From Candidatus Entotheonellaceae bacterium (lineage in GTDB: Bacteria; Tectomicrobia; Entotheonellia; Entotheonellales; Entotheonellaceae), in assembly GCA_965238075.1 (NCBI GenBank), contig OZ250173.1, positions 640,001 through 704,000 on the forward strand: a DNA stretch of 64,000 nt, written 5' to 3'. A program made the translations under genes and the position numbers. Below the pieces are notes generated by a model. That model was not told the origin of the DNA. It made no database searches and saw nothing but the letters and a program-made list of their open reading frames with translations. Positions within the stretch are counted from its first letter, which is position 1, and the number at the start of each line of letters is the position of its first letter. This document shows, piece after piece, positions 30,393-40,190 of this stretch.

Positions 30393-30905
30393 CTATTCAG
30401 GCGCGCCCGGGTCGAACCCCAGCGCCCGTTCCGGCTCGTGTACGTGCATGAGGAAGATTTTCCATTCGCCGTCCTGGCGCAGCAGCGTGTAGGTCGCGGC
30501 GCCCTGATGGAGCAGCTCGCCCGTGTTCTTGATGCGGTTGAACACGGTGCTGACGATAGCGGTGTCGTCGCTCATCGGCTGCACGTTCACGGATGCCCAT
30601 TCGGTATGGTCGTAGCCGTTGTGATTGAGGGTGCGCTTCCACCTGCGAACGGTACGACGGACCTTTTCGGTGGTCTCGAATTCGGTGAGCACGCCGTGCG
30701 GCGCCAGCAAGTAAAGGGGGGCGTGATGCAGGGAAGCAATATAGCGGGAATTTTGATTGTCGAAGCTGTCGAGGTAGTGGTTCATGAAGGCCAGGACGTC
30801 TTCCTTGGTATCCGCCTGTGCGGTCGCCGCCACCAAAAGAAACCCTGCCAGGGCCAACAGCCATGTGATGCGATAAGCGGCGCGCGCGCGGTGCCCGTCG
30901 GTCAT
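30393..30905 (-). CDS. secreted NTF2/SnoaL-like protein
   Basis: Signal peptide (AQA); C-terminal TYTLLRQDGEWKIFLMH. Confidence 0.7.
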   Translation of the reverse strand: MTDGHRARAAYRITWLLALAGFLLVAATAQADTKEDVLAFMNHYLDSFDNQNSRYIASLHHAPLYLLAPHGVLTEFETTEKVRRTVRRWKRTLNHNGYDHTEWASVNVQPMSDDTAIVSTVFNRIKNTGELLHQGAATYTLLRQDGEWKIFLMHVHEPERALGFDPGAPE

Positions 30906-30923
30906 TCTTTTCCACCTCCATAC

Positions 30924-30964
30924 AAAAAACGGGAGAAGGAGCCAATCAAGCTCCTCCTCCCGTT
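30924..30964 (-). terminator. intrinsic terminator after PQQ dehydrogenase
   Basis: aacgggaggaggagc-ttgattg-gctccttctcccg followed by tttttt. Confidence 0.8.
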
Positions 30965-30987
30965 GGTCTTAGGTCAGATCAGCAGCC

Positions 30988-32745
30988 TTATGGCAGCTCG
31001 AAGACCCATACGACACCACCCTGCGGCACGTGTTCCGCGTAACCCGGGATCTCCCGGCGCAGGATGTCCTGCTTGCGTTCCGCGTCAACACCCCAGCCGG
31101 ACGCCACGGCGACGTACTGCTTGCCGTTCAGCGAGTAGGTGCTCGGGGGAGCGCCGATACCGGAGTTGGTGGGGTACTCCCACAGCACCGCGCCGGTTGC
31201 CGCGTCAAAGGCGCGGAACATGCGGTCGTTGGTACCGCCGGCGAACACCAAGCCGCCGCCGGTGGACAGGATCGGACCCCAGTTGTGGTGCTTGAAGGTG
31301 TGCTTCCACACCTCGTTCTTGTTGCCCACGTCCCAGGCCTGAATTTCGCCGATGTGCTCCCAGCCTTCACGCAGGTAGAAGCCTTCGACGAGCTCCGGAA
31401 TGTCTACGCCGAGCCACAGCTCACCCGCAACGTATTCCGACTCGTTGCCGGACATGGTGCTGCAGATGTTCTCGTTGGCCGGGATGTAGAGCAGGCCGCT
31501 GGCCGGGCTGTAGGATACGTACGGCCAGTCCTTGCCGCCCCACAGGGAGGGGCAGAACGGCGCGCTCACGTTCGTCTTTGGCCAGTGGGCGTCGTCATAG
31601 GTGAAGCGCCCGGTCTCGGGATCGATGGCGGTGACCACGTCGGTGTACACGTAGCTCCACGCATCCACGAACGCGATGGGACCTTCCGGGGAGGGTTCCA
31701 GCACGAAGATATGGCCGTTGCGAGCCACGTTGACGAGGGCCTTGAAGGTACGGCCGCCGTAGGTGATGTCGGCGAGAACTGGCGGAGAGACCTCATCCCA
31801 GTCCCAGGAATCGTTCCAGTGGTACTGGTGGTGGCCGATGATCTGGCCGCTTTCGAGGTTCAGGGCGATAACGGAAGTGGTGTACAGGTTATCCAGGCTG
31901 CCGCGCCGGTCGCCTGCCCACGGTGCGCCGTTGCCAACGCCCCAGTAGACGATGCCGGTCTCGGCATCGAAGATGCCGGTGCTCCAGGTGGAACCGCCGC
32001 CCGTCTGCCAGGAGTCAGCCGTCCAGGTCTCGTGGCCCGGCTCGCCAGGGGCGGGAACCGTGTAGGTACGCCACGCCTGGGTGCCGTCGTCCACATTGTA
32101 GGCCGCTACGTAACCGCGGATGCCGAACTCGCCGCCGGAGACGCCAACCAGCACCTTGCCCTGAGCGGTCAGGGGCGCCAGGGTCATGTAGTAACCCCTC
32201 TGGTAGTCGTCTACCGCCATTTCCCAATTCACCTCGCCGGTCTTGGCGTTGAGCGCCACGAGGAAGCAATCCGTGGTCGCCACGAACACCTGGTCGCCGT
32301 ACAGGCCGGGGCCGCGGTTGGTCGGGTGAATCTCAACCAGATCCTCAGGCTTCTCACGCTTGTAGCGCCACAACTGCGCGCCGGTCGCCGCGTCGAGGGC
32401 GATCACCTGGTTGCTCGGCGTGGTGACGAACATGACGCCGTCGTTGACGACCGGCGGTGCCTGGTGGCCTTCCACCACGCCAGTCGAGAACAGCCACGAC
32501 GGCCGCAGGTTCGCTACGTTGCCGGTGTTGATCTGATCCAGGGGGCTGTGCATCCAGCCCTCGTAGTTGCCGCGAATCTGCAACCAGTTATGCGCTTCCT
32601 GGCTGGCCAGCCGCTCGTCCGTTACGGTGCTGTAATTCTCTATCGGTCCCGGCGTCGGAGTCGGCGGCTGGGCCGCGGCACTGAACGCCATGGCCAGGCT
32701 GACCGCGAACGCGACCGCAAGGGCCGTGAAGGTTCTACTGGACAT
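30988..32745 (-). CDS. periplasmic PQQ-dependent dehydrogenase (methanol/ethanol family)
   Basis: Signal peptide, SPLDQINTGNV, W-motif propeller repeats, GVSGGEFGIRG, WDWDE, CPSLWGGKDW, GKQYVAV. Confidence 0.92.
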   Translation of the reverse strand: MSSRTFTALAVAFAVSLAMAFSAAAQPPTPTPGPIENYSTVTDERLASQEAHNWLQIRGNYEGWMHSPLDQINTGNVANLRPSWLFSTGVVEGHQAPPVVNDGVMFVTTPSNQVIALDAATGAQLWRYKREKPEDLVEIHPTNRGPGLYGDQVFVATTDCFLVALNAKTGEVNWEMAVDDYQRGYYMTLAPLTAQGKVLVGVSGGEFGIRGYVAAYNVDDGTQAWRTYTVPAPGEPGHETWTADSWQTGGGSTWSTGIFDAETGIVYWGVGNGAPWAGDRRGSLDNLYTTSVIALNLESGQIIGHHQYHWNDSWDWDEVSPPVLADITYGGRTFKALVNVARNGHIFVLEPSPEGPIAFVDAWSYVYTDVVTAIDPETGRFTYDDAHWPKTNVSAPFCPSLWGGKDWPYVSYSPASGLLYIPANENICSTMSGNESEYVAGELWLGVDIPELVEGFYLREGWEHIGEIQAWDVGNKNEVWKHTFKHHNWGPILSTGGGLVFAGGTNDRMFRAFDAATGAVLWEYPTNSGIGAPPSTYSLNGKQYVAVASGWGVDAERKQDILRREIPGYAEHVPQGGVVWVFELP

Positions 32746-32997
32746 AATCCCTCCTTGAAGAGTGGAATCATTCCCCCAAACGGGAACGTTCTTGTTTTCT
32801 TACGATGCCAGACAGCATAGCGGCTGGCCCTGCGGCTGGCAATGAAAAAAACCGCTGCGTGGCTTGACGAAGCGCAGGGTCCCAACGGGCCGCAAGGTGC
32901 CCGAGGCCCGGTTTACATCGGTTCGGCAAGTTCGTAGAGTAACAAGTTTTGTTGGCCTGCTCAGGATTCTCGACTCACAACGGAGGCAAGACACGCG

Positions 32998-34599
32998 ATG
33001 CAGCACAGCGCTGCGGTACGGACGCCCCCCGCCGGCAAGTGGATCATTGCCGGCACCGTGGTTCTGGGCTCGTTCGTATCGGTAATGGATATCAGCATCG
33101 TCAACGTGGCGATGCCGCAAATGATCAGCACCTTCGGCGTGTCGCTGGACGCCATCACCTGGGTGGCGGTGGCCTACAGCATCTCCGAGATCATCCTCGT
33201 CACCATGGCCGCCTGGTTCAGCACCCTGATGGGCCGCAAGCGCTTCTTCGTCTTCTCCTTCATCCTGTTTACCGCCGCCTCCCTGCTGTGCGGCCTGGCC
33301 CGTTCCATCGAAATGATGATCCTGGCGCGCATTCTGCAAGGCATCGGCGGCGGCGGGCTCATTCCGGTATCGCAGGCCATCGTGCTGGAGACCTTCCCGG
33401 AGGAAGAACGCGGCATGGCCATGGCGCTGTATGCCATGGGGGTGACCATCGCACCGGCTGTCGGGCCCGTGCTGGGCGGCTGGCTGACCGATCAGTATGG
33501 TTGGCCGTGGATTTTCTACATCAATCTGCCGCTGGGGGCCCTCGGCATCGGCCTGTCGATAATCGTGCTTAAGGACCCGCCGTATTTGCAGCGCACCCTG
33601 GCGCGCATCGACGTGTTGGGCATCATCCTGCTGGCGGTGGGGCTGACGGCCCTGCAACTGTTCCTGGAGCGCGGCGAGCGCGAGCAGTGGTTCGCCTCTT
33701 CCTTCATTGTGCTGCTGGCGGTGGTCGCCGGGATCTCACTGGTCGCGTTGGTGGTATGGGAACTGTACGCCGAGGAACCGATCATTCACCTGCGGCTGCT
33801 CAAGAACGTGCCCTTCAGCGCCGGCATCGGCCTGGGGTTTCTGTTCGGCATTACGCTGTTCGGCAGCATCTTTGTGCTGCCCTTGTTTCTGCAGCGGCTG
33901 CAGGGCTATTCGGTGACGGATTCGGGGTTGTTGCAGCTGCCGCGCACGCTGATCATGCTGGTGGTGACGCCCATCGCCGGGCGGCTCTACAACTCGGTGG
34001 ACAGCCGCCTGCTGATCGGCCTCGGCGTGCTGATGATGATGGTGGGATACCTGAATATGTCGGGCTTCACGCTGGACATGGGATGGACGCACATGATGAC
34101 CAGTTTTCTGCTCACCGGGGCCGGCATGTCGTTCATGTTCGGCCCAATGTCGGCGGTGGTCATGCGCTCCGTGCCGATTCGGTCCCTCACCGCCGCCACC
34201 AGTCTATACACGCTCGGGCGCCGGGTGGGCGGCAACGTCGGCTACGCCTTCGTGGCCAGCCAGGTACAGCACCGCACCGCCTTTCACCGCGCCCGCCTGA
34301 TGGATCACGTCACACCCTACGACACCAGCACGAGTCAAATGCTCGACGGGCTCACCAGGAGGCTCGGCAGCGGTCCCGGACTGGCGCCGGGAACGGCGGA
34401 GCGCGGTGCGCTGATGCTCCTGAACGGCACCGTCACCCGCCACGCCGCCATGATGGCCTACAACGACGTGTTCTGGCTGATGGGCATGCTGTTCATCCTG
34501 AGCATCCCGTTCGTGCTGATGCTCAGCCGCGGCAGCGGCCATGCGGCCCAGGCCCGCAAGGAGGCGGGACAGCGGGGGAAGGAAGTCATCCGACGGTGA
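32998..34599 (+). CDS. DHA2 (EmrB/QacA) MFS efflux transporter
   Basis: MDISIVNVAMP, RILQGIGGG, GPVLGGWLTD...WPWIFYINLP. Confidence 0.93.
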   Translation: MQHSAAVRTPPAGKWIIAGTVVLGSFVSVMDISIVNVAMPQMISTFGVSLDAITWVAVAYSISEIILVTMAAWFSTLMGRKRFFVFSFILFTAASLLCGLARSIEMMILARILQGIGGGGLIPVSQAIVLETFPEEERGMAMALYAMGVTIAPAVGPVLGGWLTDQYGWPWIFYINLPLGALGIGLSIIVLKDPPYLQRTLARIDVLGIILLAVGLTALQLFLERGEREQWFASSFIVLLAVVAGISLVALVVWELYAEEPIIHLRLLKNVPFSAGIGLGFLFGITLFGSIFVLPLFLQRLQGYSVTDSGLLQLPRTLIMLVVTPIAGRLYNSVDSRLLIGLGVLMMMVGYLNMSGFTLDMGWTHMMTSFLLTGAGMSFMFGPMSAVVMRSVPIRSLTAATSLYTLGRRVGGNVGYAFVASQVQHRTAFHRARLMDHVTPYDTSTSQMLDGLTRRLGSGPGLAPGTAERGALMLLNGTVTRHAAMMAYNDVFWLMGMLFILSIPFVLMLSRGSGHAAQARKEAGQRGKEVIRR

Positions 34600-34912
34600 G
34601 CGATTTCAACTGGACGGCCAACACCTTCTTGCGCCCGCCCTTGCCGAACGCCTCGTCGAACTCCTTGATCAATCCCTGGATGGCCTCGGAATTGACCGCC
34701 TTTTGCATCGCTTCGTAGGTCTCGAACTCATACATGGCCATGAAGCGGTACTCGTCCTCGCCTTCCATGATCTGGTAGCGCCGCCCGCTGACCACGCCGG
34801 GAAAGCGTTCCAGCGCCTTGGGCAGATGGTCCTCGTTGTACCAGCGGTTAAACGCCTCCTCCGCCTCCGGCTTCACCTTCGCCATGACGATGAACAGCCC
34901 TTTCTTGTCCAT
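34586..34912 (-). CDS. EthD/DUF4286-like dimeric alpha-beta barrel protein
   Basis: EEAFNRWYNEDHLP...FPGVVSGRRY. Confidence 0.7.
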   Translation of the reverse strand: MDKKGLFIVMAKVKPEAEEAFNRWYNEDHLPKALERFPGVVSGRRYQIMEGEDEYRFMAMYEFETYEAMQKAVNSEAIQGLIKEFDEAFGKGGRKKVLAVQLKSLTVG

Positions 34913-35915
34913 TCTCGAGACCTCCATTCGGGTTTGAATTGGTGTGCGATGCGCCGCCCGGCTGCGATGGCCCGGCTTCCCCGCCCTTCAATTTTCCCAA
35001 CAGCTTGCGACCGCGCCGGCGCAACTTGGCGAGCGGACCGGGAAGCCGCCGCAAGGCGATCTGGCCGGCGCGCTCGCGGACGATCTGCGCGTTGCCCGCC
35101 AGCATGTAAACGTGCAGCTTGCGCAGCGCCGCGGCGTCCTGGCCGAACGGCGCCGACAAAGCTTGGCGCTGGAACGCTTCCCACGCATCCCAGCGGCGCG
35201 CCTTGCCGTTGCAGAACAACACGGCGCCGCCGGCTTCCTGAACGAGCACGGCGCCGGCTACCATGTCCCACAGGCGTGCGCCGCTAATGACGGTCAACTG
35301 AAACGTGCCGCGCGCCGCGTAGGCCAGCTCGTAGGCGATGCTGCCCGCCGAGCGCACGTTGAGGCGCTGGACCTTGGCGCCGCGCTGCACGCGATATTGG
35401 TGCAGCATCCAACCCGGCGTGCTGGCCAGGCGCGTGCCGTCCGGCATGTCGGACTTGGCTGCCTGCATGGGCTCGTCATTACAATACGCGCCGCCGCCCA
35501 CATGGGCGCGGAAAATCGTGCCGCCCGGGCCTTCCCACGGCACGGCGACGACGCCGAGCACCGGCACGCCGCGAAAACACAGGCCCATGGAGACGGCGAA
35601 GGCGGGCAGGCCGGCCGCAAAGTTCGTGGTGCCGTCGAGAGGGTCGAGGAACCATAGGTAATCGGCTTCAGGGTTGACGGCGGCCTCGGCCTCCTCGCCG
35701 ATGATGCCGTGGCCGGGAAAAGCGTGGCTGAGGGCGTCCCGCAGCAGCGCCTCGGAACGCCGGTCGGCCTCGGTGACCGGCGACTGCTGGCCCTTTTCCT
35801 TGAACTCCACCTCAAGAGGCCGCCGGAAGTACGACAGCAGCAACGCGCCGGCTTCTTGAATGGCCTGCACGCACACGGCCTCGGCGTCGACCAGTACCTG
35901 ACGGTCGACCTGCAT
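34848..35915 (-). CDS. inositol monophosphatase family protein
   Basis: VTEADRRSE, GEE, LDPLDGTTNF, GS...WDMVAG; C-terminus overlaps the next gene by 65 nt. Confidence 0.88.
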   Translation of the reverse strand: MQVDRQVLVDAEAVCVQAIQEAGALLLSYFRRPLEVEFKEKGQQSPVTEADRRSEALLRDALSHAFPGHGIIGEEAEAAVNPEADYLWFLDPLDGTTNFAAGLPAFAVSMGLCFRGVPVLGVVAVPWEGPGGTIFRAHVGGGAYCNDEPMQAAKSDMPDGTRLASTPGWMLHQYRVQRGAKVQRLNVRSAGSIAYELAYAARGTFQLTVISGARLWDMVAGAVLVQEAGGAVLFCNGKARRWDAWEAFQRQALSAPFGQDAAALRKLHVYMLAGNAQIVRERAGQIALRRLPGPLAKLRRRGRKLLGKLKGGEAGPSQPGGASHTNSNPNGGLENGQERAVHRHGEGEAGGGGGV

Positions 35916-35931
35916 CGCCGCGGCTTCCCCC

Positions 35932-36447
35932 TTAACCATCGGTGTCGGACGGTTGCGCGTCCGCACGTCGCAGATGGAGAAACGCCTCGCGGATGGCATC
36001 GGCCGCAATGGCGACGCCGAGACTGTGCTCGGCGGTTTCCGCGAACTGCGCCTGTTCGTGCAGGCGGGCGGCGAGGGTCGCCGCAACCTCGGCGATCTCG
36101 GCGGCGCTCGACGATTCGGCAAAGGCCCGCATGTCGGCGGCGTCCATCTCGGACAGGCAATTGCCGACGTGCTGCGCCAGCACCGTGTATTCAATGCCGC
36201 GCTGGTACAGCTCCCGCAGCGGCGGCACGTGCCGTCCCAGGTAGCACTGCCCGAAGTGCAGCACCTTGTAGGGGATGTCTTCGTGCGTCTCCGCCAGTTC
36301 GCGGCGCGCCTCGAGGCCGTGCTCCCGCAGGTAGTCCCGCACCCACGGGTCCTCCGGGTCGGCACGCTGCTGATTGAAATACAGTTTGAATCGCACCATC
36401 GACAGGCCGTTGGGTTCCGTTTCGACAATCACCGCGCTACTCCTCAC
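35932..36447 (-). CDS. hypothetical protein
   Basis: Fills the gap in a co-directional operon with coding-like composition. Confidence 0.65.
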   Translation of the reverse strand: MRSSAVIVETEPNGLSMVRFKLYFNQQRADPEDPWVRDYLREHGLEARRELAETHEDIPYKVLHFGQCYLGRHVPPLRELYQRGIEYTVLAQHVGNCLSEMDAADMRAFAESSSAAEIAEVAATLAARLHEQAQFAETAEHSLGVAIAADAIREAFLHLRRADAQPSDTDG

Positions 36448-36453
36448 CGTTAG

Positions 36454-37149
36454 CTAGGCGTCGAGCCCCAGGTATTGCAGCACCGCCTGTTGGTCACTCA
36501 GATCGACAAAACAATGGTCCGGCGCATGGGCTTGCAGATCTTCGAGGCAATAATTGCCCGTCGCCACCGCCACGGCCTGCAACCCGTGCGCCCGCGCGCA
36601 ATCGATGTCGCGCGGCGTGTCGCCGATCACAAAGGTACGCTCCGGCCCGATGTAGGTCACGCAGTACTGCCGGGCGCGCAGTTGGGCCACCGGCACCAGG
36701 GCCTTACGGTCCTCGTTGTCGCTGCCGTAGGCGCCGATGCGGAAGTAGTGCAGGATGCCGAATGACTCCAGCTTGAGTTGTGCCCCGGTAACGAAATTGC
36801 CGGTCAGCAGCCCCAGGACAACGTTCTCGTTGGCCGCCATGGTGTCAAGCAAGCCCGGCAGCCCTGGCTTGAGGTGGCGCGGACGGTCGGACTCGTTCAG
36901 AGTGTTCTTCAGATGGCCGACGTAACAGTCGTGAAACGCCTGCAAATCGCGCTGTGCCGGGTCGACGCCGGCGGCATCCCAGGCTTCCCGCAGGATCGCC
37001 GGATCGGTCTTGCCGGACATCTCGATGCCGGCAAAGGCGTCCGCAACGCCGTGGATTTCTTCGAAGGCCCTGCCCATGGCATCCCCCCCTGCGAGGCCGG
37101 TGCTCACGAGGGTGCCGTCGATATCGAAAAGGATGAGGGTCATGCTCAC
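36454..37149 (-). CDS. HAD-superfamily hydrolase
   Basis: LFDIDGTL, LLTGN, IGDTPRD. Confidence 0.9.
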   Translation of the reverse strand: MSMTLILFDIDGTLVSTGLAGGDAMGRAFEEIHGVADAFAGIEMSGKTDPAILREAWDAAGVDPAQRDLQAFHDCYVGHLKNTLNESDRPRHLKPGLPGLLDTMAANENVVLGLLTGNFVTGAQLKLESFGILHYFRIGAYGSDNEDRKALVPVAQLRARQYCVTYIGPERTFVIGDTPRDIDCARAHGLQAVAVATGNYCLEDLQAHAPDHCFVDLSDQQAVLQYLGLDA

Positions 37150-37376
37150 CGGATTTCCTCCTAAGGGGCATTCTGTGGATCAAGGTCAAGACGTGGACGC
37201 CTATCTAAACCACGCGGCGTTGGCGTGTGTCAAGATTCTTTGGCCGGCAAGCCTTGCGTCAGGCGCCGGCCTGTCGGCGCCCCGGGCAATCTGTTACCAT
37301 GCCGGGCCAGGCGCAGCCGAATGAAAAGGAAGTCCGCTTACGCTTCGCTAAGACGACCTACATCGAAGGAATAACC

Positions 37377-37772
37377 GTGCCCGGAATTCTCGACCGACTG
37401 GCGCAGAACGCCCGCACTCACCTGTACGACTTTCTGCAACGGCACCTTTTCACAACGCCCGCCGCCGCGCCATGGCAGGCAGTTGACGACTGGCCGGACG
37501 AACCTCTCCATGACGACGCTGCCGAGCCGCACCAGCCGACCAGCCCCCTGCCTTACAGCGCCGGCCTCGCCGATGCCTACCGGTTGCTCGACCTGCCCTT
37601 TGGCGCACCCCTGGCGAACGCGAACAAGCGTTGGAAGACCTACCTGAAACGCTGCCATCCGGACCGTTTTCACGCAGACCCGCTCCGACAGGCCGACGCC
37701 ACCGAGCTCACCCAGCAACTGAACGCAGCTCACGCCCGTATCGAAGCCGCTTGGAAGAGCGCCCCCAGCTGA
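37377..37772 (+). CDS. J-domain-containing protein
   Basis: AYRLLDL...CHPDRF...LNAAH; GTG start after GAAGGA. Confidence 0.75.
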   Translation: MPGILDRLAQNARTHLYDFLQRHLFTTPAAAPWQAVDDWPDEPLHDDAAEPHQPTSPLPYSAGLADAYRLLDLPFGAPLANANKRWKTYLKRCHPDRFHADPLRQADATELTQQLNAAHARIEAAWKSAPS

Positions 37773-37887
37773 GTCCGGGCGTGCATGAGCCCAGGGTGGC
37801 GCAGACATTCTCGTCTGCGCAGCTGAACCGCGCAGTCCGCGCGGCTGAACCGGACACGCATGTGCCCACCATCCGGGAGGAAAAACA

Positions 37888-38925
37888 ATGCCGATACTTG
37901 CACCGCAGCAACTGCATCAAATTGGCACGGACATCTTGCAGGCCGCCGGGGCGTCCGGCGAGGAAGCGCAGGTCGTCATGGAGCACCTGGTGGGGGCGAA
38001 CCTCGCCGGGCACGACTCGCACGGCATCATCCTGCTGCCCACCTACATCGCGCGCATCAAACGGTCCCACATCGTGCCCGGGGCGCCGATGGTAGTGGAG
38101 CGCGAAACGCCCAACAGCGCTCGCATCAACGGCAACTGGGGCTTCGGCTACGTGGTCACCGAGCGCGCCATGGAAATGGCCATCGCCAAGGCCCGCGAGC
38201 GGCAGGTGGCGGCCATCACCATTTACCAGCAAAGCCACGTCGGGCGCCTAGCCGATTACCCCCTGATGGCCGCCCGCGCCGGCATGATCGGTCTGATCAC
38301 CTGCGACTCCGGGCGCGGCCCCAAGGCGGTGGCGCCGTACGGCGGGCGCGAGGCGCGTCTCGGCACCAACCCGATCTCGGTGGCTTTCCCCAGCGATCTG
38401 GAAGGGCCGATCTTCCTCGACATGGCCACCAGCGCCGTGGCCGCTGGCAAGCTGGCCGTGCGCCGCAGCCGCGGCGAAGCGGCGCCGCCCGGCTGGGTAA
38501 TCGACAAGCACGGCAATCCCACCACCGACCTCGGTGTCTACTACGACGGCGGCGCCATCCTGCCCATGGGCGGCGATCAGGCACACAAAGGTTACGTGCT
38601 CTCCTTCATGGTCGAAACCCTGTCCGGCATTCTCACCGGCCTCGGCTTCGGCATCGACCCGCAAGGGCGGCACAACGACGGCTCCTTCCTGGCCGTGTTC
38701 GACGTCGAGGCGTTCCGGCCCCTGTCGGAGTTCAAGCGCGAAATCGCCGCCTTCGTCGACTACCTCAAAGCCACGCCACCGGCAGCGGGCTTCACCGAAG
38801 TGCTCTACCCCGGCGAGCTGGAATTCCGCACCACGCAGCAGCGCCAACGCGACGGCATCTACGTGGAGGACGCCACCTGGGAACTGATCACCGGACTGCA
38901 GCAGGAGTACGGTCTGAGCGGGTGA
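37888..38925 (+). CDS. Ldh_2 family oxidoreductase (malate/L-lactate/sulfolactate-type)
   Basis: GHDSHG, SHVGRL, LGTNPI, DMATS, HKGY, LYPGE. Confidence 0.92.
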   Translation: MPILAPQQLHQIGTDILQAAGASGEEAQVVMEHLVGANLAGHDSHGIILLPTYIARIKRSHIVPGAPMVVERETPNSARINGNWGFGYVVTERAMEMAIAKARERQVAAITIYQQSHVGRLADYPLMAARAGMIGLITCDSGRGPKAVAPYGGREARLGTNPISVAFPSDLEGPIFLDMATSAVAAGKLAVRRSRGEAAPPGWVIDKHGNPTTDLGVYYDGGAILPMGGDQAHKGYVLSFMVETLSGILTGLGFGIDPQGRHNDGSFLAVFDVEAFRPLSEFKREIAAFVDYLKATPPAAGFTEVLYPGELEFRTTQQRQRDGIYVEDATWELITGLQQEYGLSG

Positions 38926-39221
38926 GGCGGCTTCCGCACTTGGTTGCAATAAAAACTGCGATCATTCAGACTTACGCCGTTTTATCGCCACCAGTCGGCG
39001 GGCAACACGTCCCGCGCGGAGCCCAGCGAACAGCGCTTAGAGCGGTTGGCGTTCGGTTGTCTGGCCTATCTACGCGCCTTGTCGTGATGCGCCGCATCGA
39101 GATCGTTCGTGACCGGGGCGTTTGTTTTACAGAACCTCGATCCGGCCCATGGGTTCTGCGGGGGTTGGGTTTTGGCGGTTCTGACGCGCCTTTTCGGCCA
39201 GGGATTTGTTGTCGGGGATAG

Positions 39222-39320
39222 AACCCCCCTTGCCCCCCTTATCAGGGGGGAATTTCTGAAGACTGCAAGGGCTCAAGGACAACGCCTCCGAAGCCCCCCT
39301 GATAAGGGGGGTCGGGGGGT
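39222..39320. repeat. REP-like pair (CCCCCCTTATCAGGGGGG type)
   Basis: Two inverted palindromes; related copy at 59323-59352. Confidence 0.75.
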
Positions 39321-39416
39321 TACACCAACGCAGGCGCAGGGCCGCTCGGGTGGATGTCTCCGTCCGACGCCTTACACTGCGGCAGATATCCCATATAGGC
39401 CTGCGGAAACCGCTCT

Positions 39417-40190
39417 ATGATGCTCGGCGTGCTTACCCAACTTGGCAGTGTCACCCTGACGCGGCTCGCCGCTCTCGGACGAGCCGCGTTTTTTGTGGGG
39501 CGGGTGCTGGGGCTTGTGGTCGTGCCGCCGCTGAAGGGGCGGCTCATTGTGCAACAGATGCACTTCATCGGGGCGCGCTCCGTGCTGGTTATCGCCCTGA
39601 CGGGCGCCTTCGCCGGCATGGTGCTGGGTCTGCAGGGCTTTCACGTGCTGACGCGGTTCGGCTCCGAGGCGCTGCTCGGGCAGTTCGTGTCGCTGACGCT
39701 GATTACCGAGTTGGGGCCGGTGTTTTCGGCCATCATGGTGACGGCGCGGGCCGGCTCGGCGATTACGGCGCAAATCGGCATCATGCGCATCACGGAGCAA
39801 CTCGACGCCATGACCGTCATGGCCCTCAACCCGTTGCGCTACGTGGCGGTGCCGAACGTCGTGGCGGGCACCCTGGTGATGCCGCTGCTCGGCGCCATGT
39901 TCTCGGTCGTCGGCATTTGGGGCGGCTACGTCGCCGGGGTGCTGATCCTCGGCGTCAACCGCGGCACGTATTTTGGTGGCATTGCGGACGTGGTCGATCT
40001 GCAGGACGTAACGAACGGCGTTTACAAATCCCTGTGCTTCGGGCTTGTCGTGTTGCTCATCAGTTGTTTCAAGGGCTATCACGCGGGCTACGGCGCCGAG
40101 GGCGTCAGCAAGGCAACCACGGAAGCGGTGGTGATCTCGGCGGTGCTGATCCTGGTGCTGGATTACGTTCTCAACACGGTGCTGCTGTGA
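39417..40190 (+). CDS. mlaE: MlaE permease
   Basis: ELGPV...ARAGSAITAQIGIMRITEQLDAM, GAEGVSKATT. Confidence 0.93.
   Translation: MMLGVLTQLGSVTLTRLAALGRAAFFVGRVLGLVVVPPLKGRLIVQQMHFIGARSVLVIALTGAFAGMVLGLQGFHVLTRFGSEALLGQFVSLTLITELGPVFSAIMVTARAGSAITAQIGIMRITEQLDAMTVMALNPLRYVAVPNVVAGTLVMPLLGAMFSVVGIWGGYVAGVLILGVNRGTYFGGIADVVDLQDVTNGVYKSLCFGLVVLLISCFKGYHAGYGAEGVSKATTEAVVISAVLILVLDYVLNTVLL

Noticed and set aside
34848-34990. Extended C-terminus of the IMPase overlapping the next gene
   Set aside because: The low-complexity tail is probably a lost stop or sequence error, with no evidence of function.
38926-39220. Unassigned intergenic DNA with an imperfect inverted repeat (tggttgcaataaaa...ttttatcgccacca)
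   Set aside because: It is a single weak palindrome with no recognisable RNA family or ORF.
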